Shown here: piece by piece, positions 1 through 9,395 of the stretch
Numbering within the stretch: the stretch's first letter is position 1
Layout: the number at the start of each line of letters is the position of its first letter
Origin: Blastocatellia bacterium
GTDB lineage: Bacteria; Acidobacteriota; Blastocatellia; UBA7656
Length of the DNA stretch: 64,000 nt
Assembly: GCA_963765495.1 (NCBI GenBank)
Contig: CAVXWP010000004.1
Coordinates: forward strand, 32,001-96,000
Direction: 5' to 3'
Notes under the pieces: model-generated
Database searches by the model: none
What the model was told of the DNA's origin: nothing
Seen by the model: only the letters and a program-made list of their open reading frames with translations
Translations under genes and position numbers: made by a program

Positions 1-141
1 AATCCGCTGACAGAGTTCTCGCAGGCGCATTTCAATCAAGAGTTTGACGGATCTATAGGAGACGCAACGCTGAAGAAATTCAAAGTGATCTTCGATTATT
101 CACACAGAGAGATGATTCTTGAGGCAAGCCCGAGAAAATAA
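1..141 (+). CDS. 3' end of a gene cut by the window edge, probably a retropepsin-like aspartyl protease domain protein
   Basis: Frame 1 reads NPLTEFSQAHFNQEFDGSIGDATLKKFKVIFDYSHREMILEASPRK*. DGxIG...LxxFxVxFDY is typical of the end of bacterial retropepsin-like domains. Not in the ORF track because it has no start codon. Confidence 0.6.
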   Translation, partial: NPLTEFSQAHFNQEFDGSIGDATLKKFKVIFDYSHREMILEASPRK

Positions 142-158
142 TAAGGAAGATTTGCAGC

Positions 159-1603
159 ATGACCATACTCCAAATTCGCCAGGACGCTCCGAAGGATGCT
201 CACTACCCCGTCCGCCTCACTTTGAAGCGGCACGGTCAACCGGCCCTGGAAGCCGAGGCAAACATCGAGTTCGCCCTCACAGTCCAGGAGCAGGAAGACA
301 TCCGCTGGTATCTCGAAGATTACCTACAGAACGCCGACGTGGTCGAAGCCGTCACCGTTGAGCAAGTCGAGGAGCAAATGAAGGCACGCGGCGAAGAGCT
401 TTACACAAAGGTCCTCGCCGCCAACGGCGACACGCAGGCTCTCTGGTTTTCTATCCGCAATGACCTCGCCGACCTGCTCAACCAGATCGGCCAGCCCTTC
501 TCGCCGCTGCTCGCGGCGCAGGGAATCGACTGGAGCGCGATCAATGACCAAGAAGAACGCAGGCATCTCGTCTTCCAAATCCTCCGCCAATTCCCCGTCC
601 TCTGGATATGGGACAACGTCGAGCCGGTCGCCGGATTCCCGGAAGGCACAGAGTCGCAATGGACCGCCGCCGAGCAGCAGGATCTCCGCGACTTCCTCCA
701 ACAGATCAACCTCGACACTGCCAGTAAGGTGAAGATCCTGCTCACCTCCCGCCGGGACGAGGCGAAGTGGCTCGGCGGCATCCCGCATCGCATTGCAATG
801 CTCCGCATGAGTAACTCCGACGCCGCCAAGCTCGCCCTCAAGCTAGGCGAAGAGAAGAAGCTCAAGCGCTCAGAGATCGCCGACTGGCAGCCGCTGCTCG
901 ACTACTGCGGAGGAAATCCGCTGACGCTGCGTGTGCTCGTAGGGCAGGCGGTCAAAGCGGGTCTTCGCGGAAGAGAACAAATTACGGAATTCGTGGAAGC
1001 CATACTTACAAGAATATCACTGCCATCCGCGATCTCGATGCCGCAGAGGCGGCCTACCAGCGCAGCCTGGATTTGCGCAATCCAGACGACGCCCTTGGCC
1101 GCTCCAGGTGCATCCAGCAAATCGGGATGGTGCATTACGAGCGCTTCCGCGAGGCACGTCAACGCAAAGTGCCAGTGGAAACCTTGCTTCGTCACTTCCA
1201 GGCGGCGGAAGCAAGTTACCTTGAGGGGCTGCGACTGTGTCCAAATGACGCCTTAGCTGACCTCTCGCCGCTGCACAACGGGTTGGGCGCTCTCTATGCC
1301 GAAGTTGGACAACTGGACAAGGCCCGCGAGCATTTCGAGCAAGCCGCACTTTATTTTGAAAAGGCCGGAAACCATTTCAATGCTGGCCATACACGCTTCA
1401 ACATGGCCGTCATGTATGCTCGGGCGGCAGGAAGGGATGACCAGCCGTCCCAGCAGCGCGCCGGTCTGCTTCGTGCGCGGGCTTATGCAGATGCCGCCTT
1501 GCGCGACTTCCAGCATTACCAGGGTCGCGCTGCCGCACTCGAGGCTAAAGCCCAGGGTCTCCTCGACAAAATCAACCAGGATCTCGCGAAACTGCCACAA
1601 TAA
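159..1603 (+). pseudogene. Internally deleted, frameshifted remnant of a large CHAT / P-loop NTPase / TPR protein
   Basis: N-terminus (EDIRWYLEDYL...RGEELY) is typical of CHAT-TPR proteins, but runs directly into NTPase segments (LWIWDNVE Walker-B-like, KILLTSRR, GGNPLTL) with no CHAT domain and no Walker A. At ~1001 the similarity switches frame to TPR sequence (HTYKNITAIRDLDAAEAAYQRSLDLR...LHNGLGALYAEVGQLDKAREHFEQA), ending at TAA 1603. Confidence 0.7.
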
Positions 1604-1698
1604 GCGCCGACTGCGCAAGTGGAGAGTCGCCTGTGGCGATGGCACCGCTTCCTTGTTATCCCTTTGACCACAGCGAGCCGCTGATGCTTGCGTTAGGC
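1595..1698 (+). repeat. Degenerate attC-like (integron cassette) site
   Basis: Right arm GCGAGCCGCTGATGCTTGCGTTAGGC ends in the GTTRRRY core (GTTAGGC 1692-1698) just after a stop codon. The left arm is decayed, with no clean RYYYAAC. Confidence 0.3.
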
Positions 1699-1757
1699 TT
1701 CCGCGAGGGCTCCGAAAACCCTTGAGTTGATAATTCAGAGGTTGACCTGATTTCCAT

Positions 1758-1880
1758 ATGATTGACCGATTCAAATTGAGCATCCATCCTACTTTTTACA
1801 TGTCCAGGTATGAGGTGACGGTAGCGCAATGGAGGGTGGTTACAAAGTTACCCAAGATTGACGGTGACTTGACTTCTGAC
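1758..1880 (+). pseudogene. Fragment of a formylglycine-generating-enzyme (SUMF1/FGE-sulfatase) domain gene
   Basis: FYMSRYEVTVAQWRVVTKLPKI matches the FxMgkyEVTqaQW motif. The rest of the domain is absent. Confidence 0.55.
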
Positions 1881-2086
1881 ACAGGAAAAGTCTATAGAAG
1901 CTCCTGTGTCGCCGCTCAGATCTATGACCTGACCTTGTGGAACTCTATCTCCCGCCGCGACTATCGCCCCGTTTTTCGTGGGATGAGTATACTGAGCAAC
2001 CGTACCATCATCACTTCAAAATGATAGCTGTACTCCCGATTTTGATTCGTCGTCCGTCAAGGAAAGGTAGAGAATCTCACTTTGTT

Positions 2087-3838
2087 CTAAGCCTGCGTCG
2101 TCCCGAAAAAGAGAACGGCTATATTCGAGCGAATCGAATTCTTTATCAACCGCACGCGGTTGGCTCCTGTGCGGATGTTGAGTTCGTCCGCCTTCGCTTT
2201 GATCTTCACTTTCTTGTTCGAATCGGCATTCAACGTTGAAACTATCACGCCGTTGATTTCGATCTGAATCTGTCCCGCAAGTCCATTACCTTTTATCTTC
2301 AGCTTCTTACCGTTGAATGAAACATTATTGATTATCGCTCCGCCCTCATCGGCCTCACTGAAATCGGCTATGGCGGGCGCTCCTGTGTTGTCCTCGCTAT
2401 CTCGGAATACGACACTTGCCTTCGTTGTGGAGGGAAGGTCGTCGAGACCGGCAAGATTGAATATAAAATCACTCCGTTTTTCATTATCGCCAAAAGCGAC
2501 CGGAGCATCCTCGCGCAAGACGTTTCCGGCACTATCGAGTAGCGAGATTTGAGCGGTCGCCACATCGGCGTCAATGTCGTAAACCGCGCCCTTCAAAGTC
2601 AGAAAGCCGCTTTGGAGATCACCTTTCAGTGAGTCGACATAAGGCGAGTGGTCTGTGGCTTCGGCGATAATTCGATAGCCCATCGCTTTGAAGGCTATAA
2701 GATCATTTTTCTTAATATCATGCACTTGTCCGAGTTTCAATATAGGGTCCATTACACCGATACGCGAACCGACAAATGAATCATCTTTCCAGTGGTCTGC
2801 TCCGAAGCCATCGCCGCCTGTGAGGTTGAGCCGGGCGGTTGAAAGCGGAATCTCCTTTTCACCCGCATAGTGGAACTGTTCGCCGCCTGCCGACAGAATG
2901 CGCTTTGCATTCGTGAAAGTCTCCATCGTGGTTCCAGGGCGGAAGCGATAGATATCAAGGGAACTGACGGTCAGCGGCAGCCCAGGATTCAATTCTGTTG
3001 TGCCGACTCGTGTAACAAAGCCTATTACGTGTCCAATCTCATGCAAGGCCGTTCCTACGAAATCCAGTCTTCCCGCATCAATGCCATCGTCAGGATTGAA
3101 ATCCCAGAGCCCTGTGCTCAGGAAAGCAATAGAGGGAGGGGGTCCGAACTGGTCCATCTCGCCCTCCGGGTCGGCGACAGGAGGGATCAGACCGATGACC
3201 CGCAATAATGCCGATGGCATCACGAAGGCATCGGTGTCGCCGAGGTCGGTCGGGACAGCGGTTTCCGGCAGCGCGCTGAACAATGCAAGGTCCCGTCCGG
3301 TATTGGCGTTGGCAATCACAGAGTTTCGCCAATCCTTGTACTCGCCTCTACCGATCAGCAATTGAGGTCTGGCCTGACCGGTAATATCGGGGCGACCAAA
3401 CACAGTTGGCCCATAATCGACATCAATAATAATAGTGACTGGCGCAGGGGCCTCAATGAGCGAACACCAGGTTTGCGCCGCGCGCAGATAAGCATCCCGC
3501 GCCTGGGGATTGGATTCGAGTCCGTCTCCTGCGCGCAAGATAAAGGTTATGTTGCCTGTCCCTTGCACAGTGAGCAGGTGACGACGCGATGCCCCTGTTT
3601 GCGGGTTGTAGCTGGATTCGGCCATCAGTCGAATATCCTGCTCGGTTGCCGATTGACAGATGACTTTTCCATCCTCAATGCGGGAAACAAATCCAACTTC
3701 TTCGGGAAGCTTCCTCCAACGGGAGGAAGCCTGTTCGGTGTGTGGGGTGGACAAGCTTGCCTGTGCGAGAGGGCTTATTGAAGCCAGAACAAATATTCCA
3801 ATCGGTAACCATATCGCCGCAAAAACTTTTCGTGACAT
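2087..3838 (-). CDS. Secreted zinc metalloprotease (HExxH, NF038122-like) with Ig-like C-terminal domains
   Basis: Signal peptide; WDFNPDDGID...DFVGTALHEIGHVIGF; LDIYRFRPG; ADHWKDD; GVMDP (Met-turn). RBS GAGGAGG upstream. Confidence 0.8.
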   Translation of the reverse strand: MSRKVFAAIWLPIGIFVLASISPLAQASLSTPHTEQASSRWRKLPEEVGFVSRIEDGKVICQSATEQDIRLMAESSYNPQTGASRRHLLTVQGTGNITFILRAGDGLESNPQARDAYLRAAQTWCSLIEAPAPVTIIIDVDYGPTVFGRPDITGQARPQLLIGRGEYKDWRNSVIANANTGRDLALFSALPETAVPTDLGDTDAFVMPSALLRVIGLIPPVADPEGEMDQFGPPPSIAFLSTGLWDFNPDDGIDAGRLDFVGTALHEIGHVIGFVTRVGTTELNPGLPLTVSSLDIYRFRPGTTMETFTNAKRILSAGGEQFHYAGEKEIPLSTARLNLTGGDGFGADHWKDDSFVGSRIGVMDPILKLGQVHDIKKNDLIAFKAMGYRIIAEATDHSPYVDSLKGDLQSGFLTLKGAVYDIDADVATAQISLLDSAGNVLREDAPVAFGDNEKRSDFIFNLAGLDDLPSTTKASVVFRDSEDNTGAPAIADFSEADEGGAIINNVSFNGKKLKIKGNGLAGQIQIEINGVIVSTLNADSNKKVKIKAKADELNIRTGANRVRLIKNSIRSNIAVLFFGTTQA

Positions 3839-3915
3839 AACGCCTCCTCAAATCAGCAAATCGTGATTGCAATCTTATTCTTCCAATTTCCTCCAAGCGG
3901 TCACTTCAACCTGCA

Positions 3916-5310
3916 TCAGGGCGTCGTCACTGTTATCTCAGATTGATCTGAGCAATGAGAACTATCGCAGGCGCGAACGGCGAAGCGATACTCGGTCCCT
4001 GACTGTAATTTCTTGATCTTCGCGGCAGTTGAATTGGCCGCAAGGGTCTTGACAACTATCCACTGAGCGCCATCCCATTGAAGAACTTCAAAACGGTTCT
4101 CCCCTGGAGATGTATCTATCCAGGCGAGCTTGACTTTGTTGGCCTTCACCTTCTTCGCCTCGAAATTATCGGGTTGAAACACAGAGGCTTTTACATAATG
4201 GTGGATGCGCTTCACGGTCCAGGTCAGCCCATTGTCCTCTGACACTTCAAATTTACGATCTGCTGCGGATTGCGAGATGCTGTCGTAGGTCACACGTCCG
4301 AGCATCGTGAGACCGGTTTGCGGGTCATCGAATTCTCCCTGAAACACCATATCATTGTCTTCTTCGTTTCCCTTAAGCTCAAGCAACAGCCCTTCGGTGT
4401 CGAGCCACATATAACGCCACATGCCGGCTCGCGTATCGTAGAAGCTTACGCTTGTGCCCCTGTAATCGTCCCCGCATCTGAAATCTTCAAGCATGGCGAA
4501 TCCGCCCCCGGCTCCGAACAGAGTGCCCGTAACGCTTGCCTGAGACGCGCAATCCGGGTCTTCGACTTCCCATTCGCCTTTCAGGAAATCAAACTGCCTG
4601 AATTTTTTCGGCAAAGAAGAAATGGTTATGACATTCTGGCCTCCGCCCTGAGATGACGATGAAAGTGTGCGCGCAGAAACAAGAGAGTCTGCCCTCCTGC
4701 CGTGCGCGAGGAAATTCTGCTGCCAGGTTTGCCCGCCGTTTGCCGATACTTCGTAGAGGAAATCCCATTGATTATCCGTGATGTTGAACCAGGACTCTCG
4801 CCCTGACATTTTGACTCCTGTGGTCGTCCTCGTCTCCTGCCCCGTTAGCACCATCCTGCCGTTTTGAAATTCACCGCTGACCTCTATAAGCAGTTGGTCC
4901 TGATCGAACCAGGTCTGATACCATTTCTGCTCCCTCGTGTCGTAAATGCTCACGCTCGTGCCAAGGCCGTTGCTGAAGTTCTCAAGGGTGGCGATGCCTC
5001 CTCCGACGCCGAATGAGGTTATTTGACTCTTGGAAGACCCGCTCCCGATAGCAAGGTTCCAGTTTCCGAGCCAGAAGTCGAATTGACGGGCTTCGGGTGG
5101 CAATGCCGCCTCTGCTTCGCCCTCTGATTGTGCTGCTGTGCCTATTACGACGATAGCCATACCGGCGGAGAGAATCAGGAAGATCGCGATAGAAGTGACG
5201 ATCAGACGAAAAAAGTTCTTCCCGAAAGCTCCTCTCAAACGGGTCGCCAAGATTACCGCAATATTAAGACCGCTGCCATTATCGGCATCAAGCGAGTTTC
5301 TTCGATACAT
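3916..5310 (-). CDS. Membrane-anchored or secreted protein with two DUF1579-like repeats and a C-terminal fibronectin type III domain
   Basis: N-terminal TM segment; two repeats starting RQFDF(W/L)xGxW...YDTRxxxWxxxWxD; C-terminal KLAWID...TEYRFAVRAC Fn3. Start moved to ATG 5310 (GGAG RBS); the ORF track gives 5334. Confidence 0.7.
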   Translation of the reverse strand: MYRRNSLDADNGSGLNIAVILATRLRGAFGKNFFRLIVTSIAIFLILSAGMAIVVIGTAAQSEGEAEAALPPEARQFDFWLGNWNLAIGSGSSKSQITSFGVGGGIATLENFSNGLGTSVSIYDTREQKWYQTWFDQDQLLIEVSGEFQNGRMVLTGQETRTTTGVKMSGRESWFNITDNQWDFLYEVSANGGQTWQQNFLAHGRRADSLVSARTLSSSSQGGGQNVITISSLPKKFRQFDFLKGEWEVEDPDCASQASVTGTLFGAGGGFAMLEDFRCGDDYRGTSVSFYDTRAGMWRYMWLDTEGLLLELKGNEEDNDMVFQGEFDDPQTGLTMLGRVTYDSISQSAADRKFEVSEDNGLTWTVKRIHHYVKASVFQPDNFEAKKVKANKVKLAWIDTSPGENRFEVLQWDGAQWIVVKTLAANSTAAKIKKLQSGTEYRFAVRACDSSHCSDQSEITVTTP

Positions 5311-5641
5311 AAAATTCTCCTTCTTACATATCAATCGATTCAGTCAGGTTGATTTCAGAGCACAAAACATTCGCTGATTCAGGGCGCACATTCAGAGCGG
5401 GCGTGTATGCCAAAACTCACAGCACCGCCGTTAATCGCTGACACCATTCTGTGATAAACTGCGTCCTCGTTATTTTTTGACTTCTTGAGATACTAACGGA
5501 GCGGCGGGTCAATCAGGCATTAATTGAGGATTAAAAATGATTAAATTATGTTGCGGATGGCCAAACCTCCATGCAACAGAAATTTATATACTGCGTCCTT
5601 TATCGAATCATTGAATAAAGAAGAAAGGGGGCGAGAAGGAG

Positions 5642-7408
5642 TTGTATGAATTCGGTCCATTTTACCTCGAACCTGTAAAGCGAATTCTTTTACGGGACGG
5701 AGAGCCGGTCGCTCTGCCTCCAAAAGCCTTCGATACTCTGCTCGTCTTGATTGAAAACGTAGGACAGGTCGTCGAAAGAAATGTATTGATGGAGAAACTC
5801 TGGCCCGATACATGTGTCGAAGAGAGCAACCTCAACGTACAGATATCCTTTCTCAGAAAGGCGCTCGGAGAGCATCCAAACGAGCATCGCTACATCGTCA
5901 CGGTCCCGCGTAGAGGCTATAGCTTTGTTGCAGAAATCAACAGGATTGAAAATGATACGGGCGATAAGCTTGCGGTAGAAGATATCACGCGCGCTGAACC
6001 GGTCGAGGGGGAGGAAGATCAGAAAGAATATTTGCAGGAGGAGGTGCATCTCGATGGCAAAGCCGCTTCCGAATGGTTTTCCGGCAGTTGGAAGCGCAGA
6101 TTAACCATCGCGCTGGCGACGCTGGCGCTGATAACGAAGCTCAGCAACATTGATCAGATAATCGTCAGACCGACAAGCGCGATTCTCAAATACGGCGATG
6201 CGGAATCGGACCCGGTTACAGCAGGGCGGGAACTCGAAGTGGATCTTCTGCTGGAGGGAAAGATACAGAACTCGGGTGATAGGATTCGTGTGACAGTGCA
6301 GATGTTGAGAATGAGAGACGGAGCGGCGCTGTGGGCCGATTCCTTCGATGAGAAAAACACGAACATATTCGCGGTGGAGGATTCAATATCGAGGCGAGTG
6401 GCAGAGGTCGTAAGGACGAATCTGAATGTGGAAGAGAAAAAGACTCTTGGCAAGCATTACACCGAAAACACGCGGGCATATCAGGCATATATAAAAGGGC
6501 GATATCACTGGAACAAACGGACAGGGGAAGAACTGATAAAGGCAACAGTATACTTCGAAGAAGCCATCGAGCATGACCCCACTTATGCGCTTGCTTATGC
6601 GGGACTTGCCGACTCCTACAATCTGCTGAGCATCTATGGAGGCATGGATCCGAAGGATGTTTATCCAAAGGCCAAAGAGGCGGCAACCAAAGCGATTGAA
6701 ATCGATGACACGCTGGCCGAGGCCTACACGTCGCGCGCTTACGCGAAGATGCGGTATGACTGGGACTGGGCGGGGGCCGAAGAAGATTTCAAGCACTCAC
6801 TCAGTCTGGCCCCCGGTTACGCCACCGCTCATCATTGGTACGGTGAATATTTCATGCTCATCGGAAGATCGAATGAAGCAAAGGCGGAATTCAAGCGGGC
6901 TTTAGAACTAGACCCCCTTTCGGTGATAATGAACAGCGATCTGGCCTGGCTTCTCTACTATGTCCACGACTACGATGCGGCAATCGATCAGGCCCGGAAG
7001 ACGCTCGATCTGGACCGGGAATTCATCCCTGCGCGTCTGGCGCTTGCGGAGACGTACACCCAAAAAGGAATGTATGAAGAGGCGCTCAAAGAATTCGAGA
7101 ATAACGACATAATGAAGAGTTACTGGGCTCGCATCGCATATATTTTCGCCATATCAGGCAGGAGAGATCAGGCGCTCGGCATACTCAAAGAAAAAGCGAG
7201 GATTTATAAAGATAATCCCCGTTTGCCCCATCCGCTCGCAGTGATATATGCGGGGCTCTTAGACAAAGACCATGCGATTGAATTGTTGGAAAAATCTTAT
7301 CAAGCTCATCTGGAAGCGATGCTCTACCTGAAAGTAGACCCCAGATTCGATCTCTTGCACTCCGACGCGAGGTTTCAAGAATTACTGCGCCGCATAGGGC
7401 TGAGTTGA
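5642..7408 (+). CDS. OmpR/CadC-type winged-helix regulator with TolB-like and TPR domains; appears to carry an in-frame internal deletion
   Basis: YEFGPF...LPPKAFDTLLVL...LWPDTCVEESNL...LRKALG...TVPRRGYSF (Trans_reg_C), then LITKLS...RIRVTVQ, then TPRs (AYQAYIKGRYHWNKRT, AHHWYG). Confidence 0.85.
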   Translation: MYEFGPFYLEPVKRILLRDGEPVALPPKAFDTLLVLIENVGQVVERNVLMEKLWPDTCVEESNLNVQISFLRKALGEHPNEHRYIVTVPRRGYSFVAEINRIENDTGDKLAVEDITRAEPVEGEEDQKEYLQEEVHLDGKAASEWFSGSWKRRLTIALATLALITKLSNIDQIIVRPTSAILKYGDAESDPVTAGRELEVDLLLEGKIQNSGDRIRVTVQMLRMRDGAALWADSFDEKNTNIFAVEDSISRRVAEVVRTNLNVEEKKTLGKHYTENTRAYQAYIKGRYHWNKRTGEELIKATVYFEEAIEHDPTYALAYAGLADSYNLLSIYGGMDPKDVYPKAKEAATKAIEIDDTLAEAYTSRAYAKMRYDWDWAGAEEDFKHSLSLAPGYATAHHWYGEYFMLIGRSNEAKAEFKRALELDPLSVIMNSDLAWLLYYVHDYDAAIDQARKTLDLDREFIPARLALAETYTQKGMYEEALKEFENNDIMKSYWARIAYIFAISGRRDQALGILKEKARIYKDNPRLPHPLAVIYAGLLDKDHAIELLEKSYQAHLEAMLYLKVDPRFDLLHSDARFQELLRRIGLS

Positions 7409-7455
7409 ATGCATTAGCTGCCAGGGCGCAGCACAGGGCGCGCGCTGTGGGCTCC

Positions 7456-7504
7456 GCTTCAACTGAGTAGGTGGAAAGCGCGTCCGCTAAACTCGGCGTT
7501 AGGC
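7456..7504 (+). repeat. Right arm of an attC-like site upstream of the GNAT gene
   Basis: GCTTCAACTGAGTAGGTGGAAAGCGCGTCCGCTAAACTCGGCGTTAGGC ends in the GTTRRRY core at 7498-7504 and is complementary to 8013-8059. Confidence 0.65.
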
Positions 7505-7542
7505 CCCTTGCACCTGCTTTAGTTATTGCGCATTCTTAACAT

Positions 7543-8007
7543 ATGGTCGAGATCGAAGAAGCATTTGATTTAGCATCCATCAGAGCGGCACGTGCACTCT
7601 TTGAGGAGTATCAGCAAGCACTCGGCATTGATCTCAGCTTTCAAGACTTCGCAACAGAGCTTGAAACGCTCCCGGGAGAGTATGCGCCTCCCCCCGGACG
7701 GCTCTTGCTCGCGCGAGAAGGCGGCATCATCGTTGGGTGCGTCGCAATGCGTCCTTTAACACTCGAGACATGTGAAATGAAACGCCTATATGTGAGACCG
7801 CAGTCTCGGGCAGGGGGCGTGGGGCGACAACTGGCCGAGCGCGTGATCGCGGAAGCACGGGCGATTGGCTACCATCGTACGCACCTGGACACGCTGCCTA
7901 CGATGGCAGGCGCACAGCGGCTTTATGAAAGCCTCGGCTTCAAAGACATACCGCCCTACCGTCACAACCCGATCGCAGGGACAAGATTCCTCGGCCTTGA
8001 TCTGTGA
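7543..8007 (+). CDS. GNAT family N-acetyltransferase (cassette-like)
   Basis: IDLSFQDFATELETLPGEY; CEMKRLYVRP; RAGGVGRQL acetyl-CoA motif; LDTLPTM...LYESLGF. Confidence 0.92.
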   Translation: MVEIEEAFDLASIRAARALFEEYQQALGIDLSFQDFATELETLPGEYAPPPGRLLLAREGGIIVGCVAMRPLTLETCEMKRLYVRPQSRAGGVGRQLAERVIAEARAIGYHRTHLDTLPTMAGAQRLYESLGFKDIPPYRHNPIAGTRFLGLDL

Positions 8008-8012
8008 CGATG

Positions 8013-8059
8013 GCCTAACCGCATTCCAGCGGACGCGTTTTCCACCTACTCAGTTAAGC
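8013..8059 (+). repeat. Left arm of an attC-like site downstream of the GNAT gene
   Basis: GCCTAAC (RYYYAAC) 5 nt after the stop, then CGCATTCCAGCGGACGCGTTTTCCACCTACTCAGTTAAGC, a near-perfect reverse complement of 7456-7488. Confidence 0.65.
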
Positions 8060-8437
8060 AGAAGCAGCAGTATCAGGTTGGTCTATAGATGTAAATGAAC
8101 TGTTTCCAGAATCACGTTTTTAAGAAGCACATTCTCCTGCGCGCAGCCCACCTAACTTTTCCTTTCAGCAAACACCTATTTGGTTGCGCTGTTATCCCTG
8201 TTGGTCACAAAGCGTCGCAAGTTTCCAGGGCCGTTTCATTCTCAGATTGACTTGCCGAGATAATAGGAAACCACTGATTGCATTATGAAAAGGCCTTGCC
8301 TGCTTTGCGTCTTTTCGTCCTTACGCAAATCTATTTCACGCAAAGAAGTGAAGGGCGTCAGGTACGCGAAGAGTTTCCTGAGAAATAAATTGGCCCAGCC
8401 TGGTCTCTCCTCAGAACGCTTGAGTAGCCTTCGCTCT

Positions 8438-8466
8438 TTGACAATTTTCGCTTATGAATGTAAGTT
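8438..8466 (+). promoter_or_regulatory. Candidate sigma70 promoter of the AP2-domain gene
   Basis: TTGACA-17 bp-TAAGTT, followed by a GGAGG RBS and ATG 8505. Confidence 0.45.
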
Positions 8467-8504
8467 TTTATGTAAATACATTTTGGAGGGGATACAGTTT
8501 CAGT

Positions 8505-9005
8505 ATGTCAAAGAGTGGTCACAAAGGAATATGCAGAATAGATCAGCCGTCCAGAAATACATATGGATGGTACGTTCGTGTAGTGTTTAACGGAATATCT
8601 CGCTGTAAGTTTTTCAGTGACAAAACGATTGGCACCAAACGGAAGGCGCTTGAGGCCGCAATCAAGTTTCGCGATCAGGCAGAAAAAGAGCTGGGCCGCC
8701 CGCGCACAGACCGGCAGGTGTCATCAGGAAGTGGAAAGAACGAGTCAGGTGTTACGGGGGTAAATCTCAAGAAGGAAATTGTGAAGGGCAAAGATGGAGA
8801 GCGAGAGGTAAAGAAGTACTACATAGTGAATTGGAGTCCCTGGCCCGGGAAATTATGTAGAAAGTTTATCTCAATAGAAAAGTACGGCGAGAAAGGCGCA
8901 TTGTTGAGGGCTTGCCGTCTCAGGAGGGAGAAGGAGAGGGAGATGTACGGGAGCGAAGTAAAGGGGAACTGGAAAGTGAGTTTAGGCAAGCTATTGGAAC
9001 TCTAA
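8505..9005 (+). CDS. Tandem AP2-domain DNA-binding protein
   Basis: KGICRID...YGWYVRV...KFFSDK...KALEAAIKFRD, then SGVTGV...NW...SIEKYGEKGALLRACRLR: two AP2-like units. Start set at the RBS-preceded ATG 8505. Confidence 0.75.
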   Translation: MSKSGHKGICRIDQPSRNTYGWYVRVVFNGISRCKFFSDKTIGTKRKALEAAIKFRDQAEKELGRPRTDRQVSSGSGKNESGVTGVNLKKEIVKGKDGEREVKKYYIVNWSPWPGKLCRKFISIEKYGEKGALLRACRLRREKEREMYGSEVKGNWKVSLGKLLEL

Positions 9006-9395
9006 CAACCAAATGCATCGGTACGCAGGCAGCAGATATCGTAAAACATAATCGATGCTGTTGCCCGCGTCCGATCAACCGGCATCAAACTTGTGCCGGG
9101 GCTGACTCTGCTGGCAAATGAGAATAACATCAAACGGAGACGGGGGTTCAGAAAGAACTGACGGTCCTTCCCTCGCCCAGTAAAATACCATCCTCCCAGG
9201 TTCGATCGGATGGCTATCCCGCAGAAAGATTTGCCTATGGTTTGTTTAATCTTTTCCAGACAGCCGGGATGATGCGATCCAGGGCTTATCCGCTTGTTCT
9301 TCACCGCATGAATTGCAGTGTAAAACCCGGCTCGCTCAGCTAAGACAAAAAGGTTAGAATGGCATAATCAAATCTGATTTGAATGGAGTTTTTCA

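Noticed and set aside
9002-9304. 100-aa minus-strand ORF
   Set aside because: No recognisable motif or RBS, and atypical composition.
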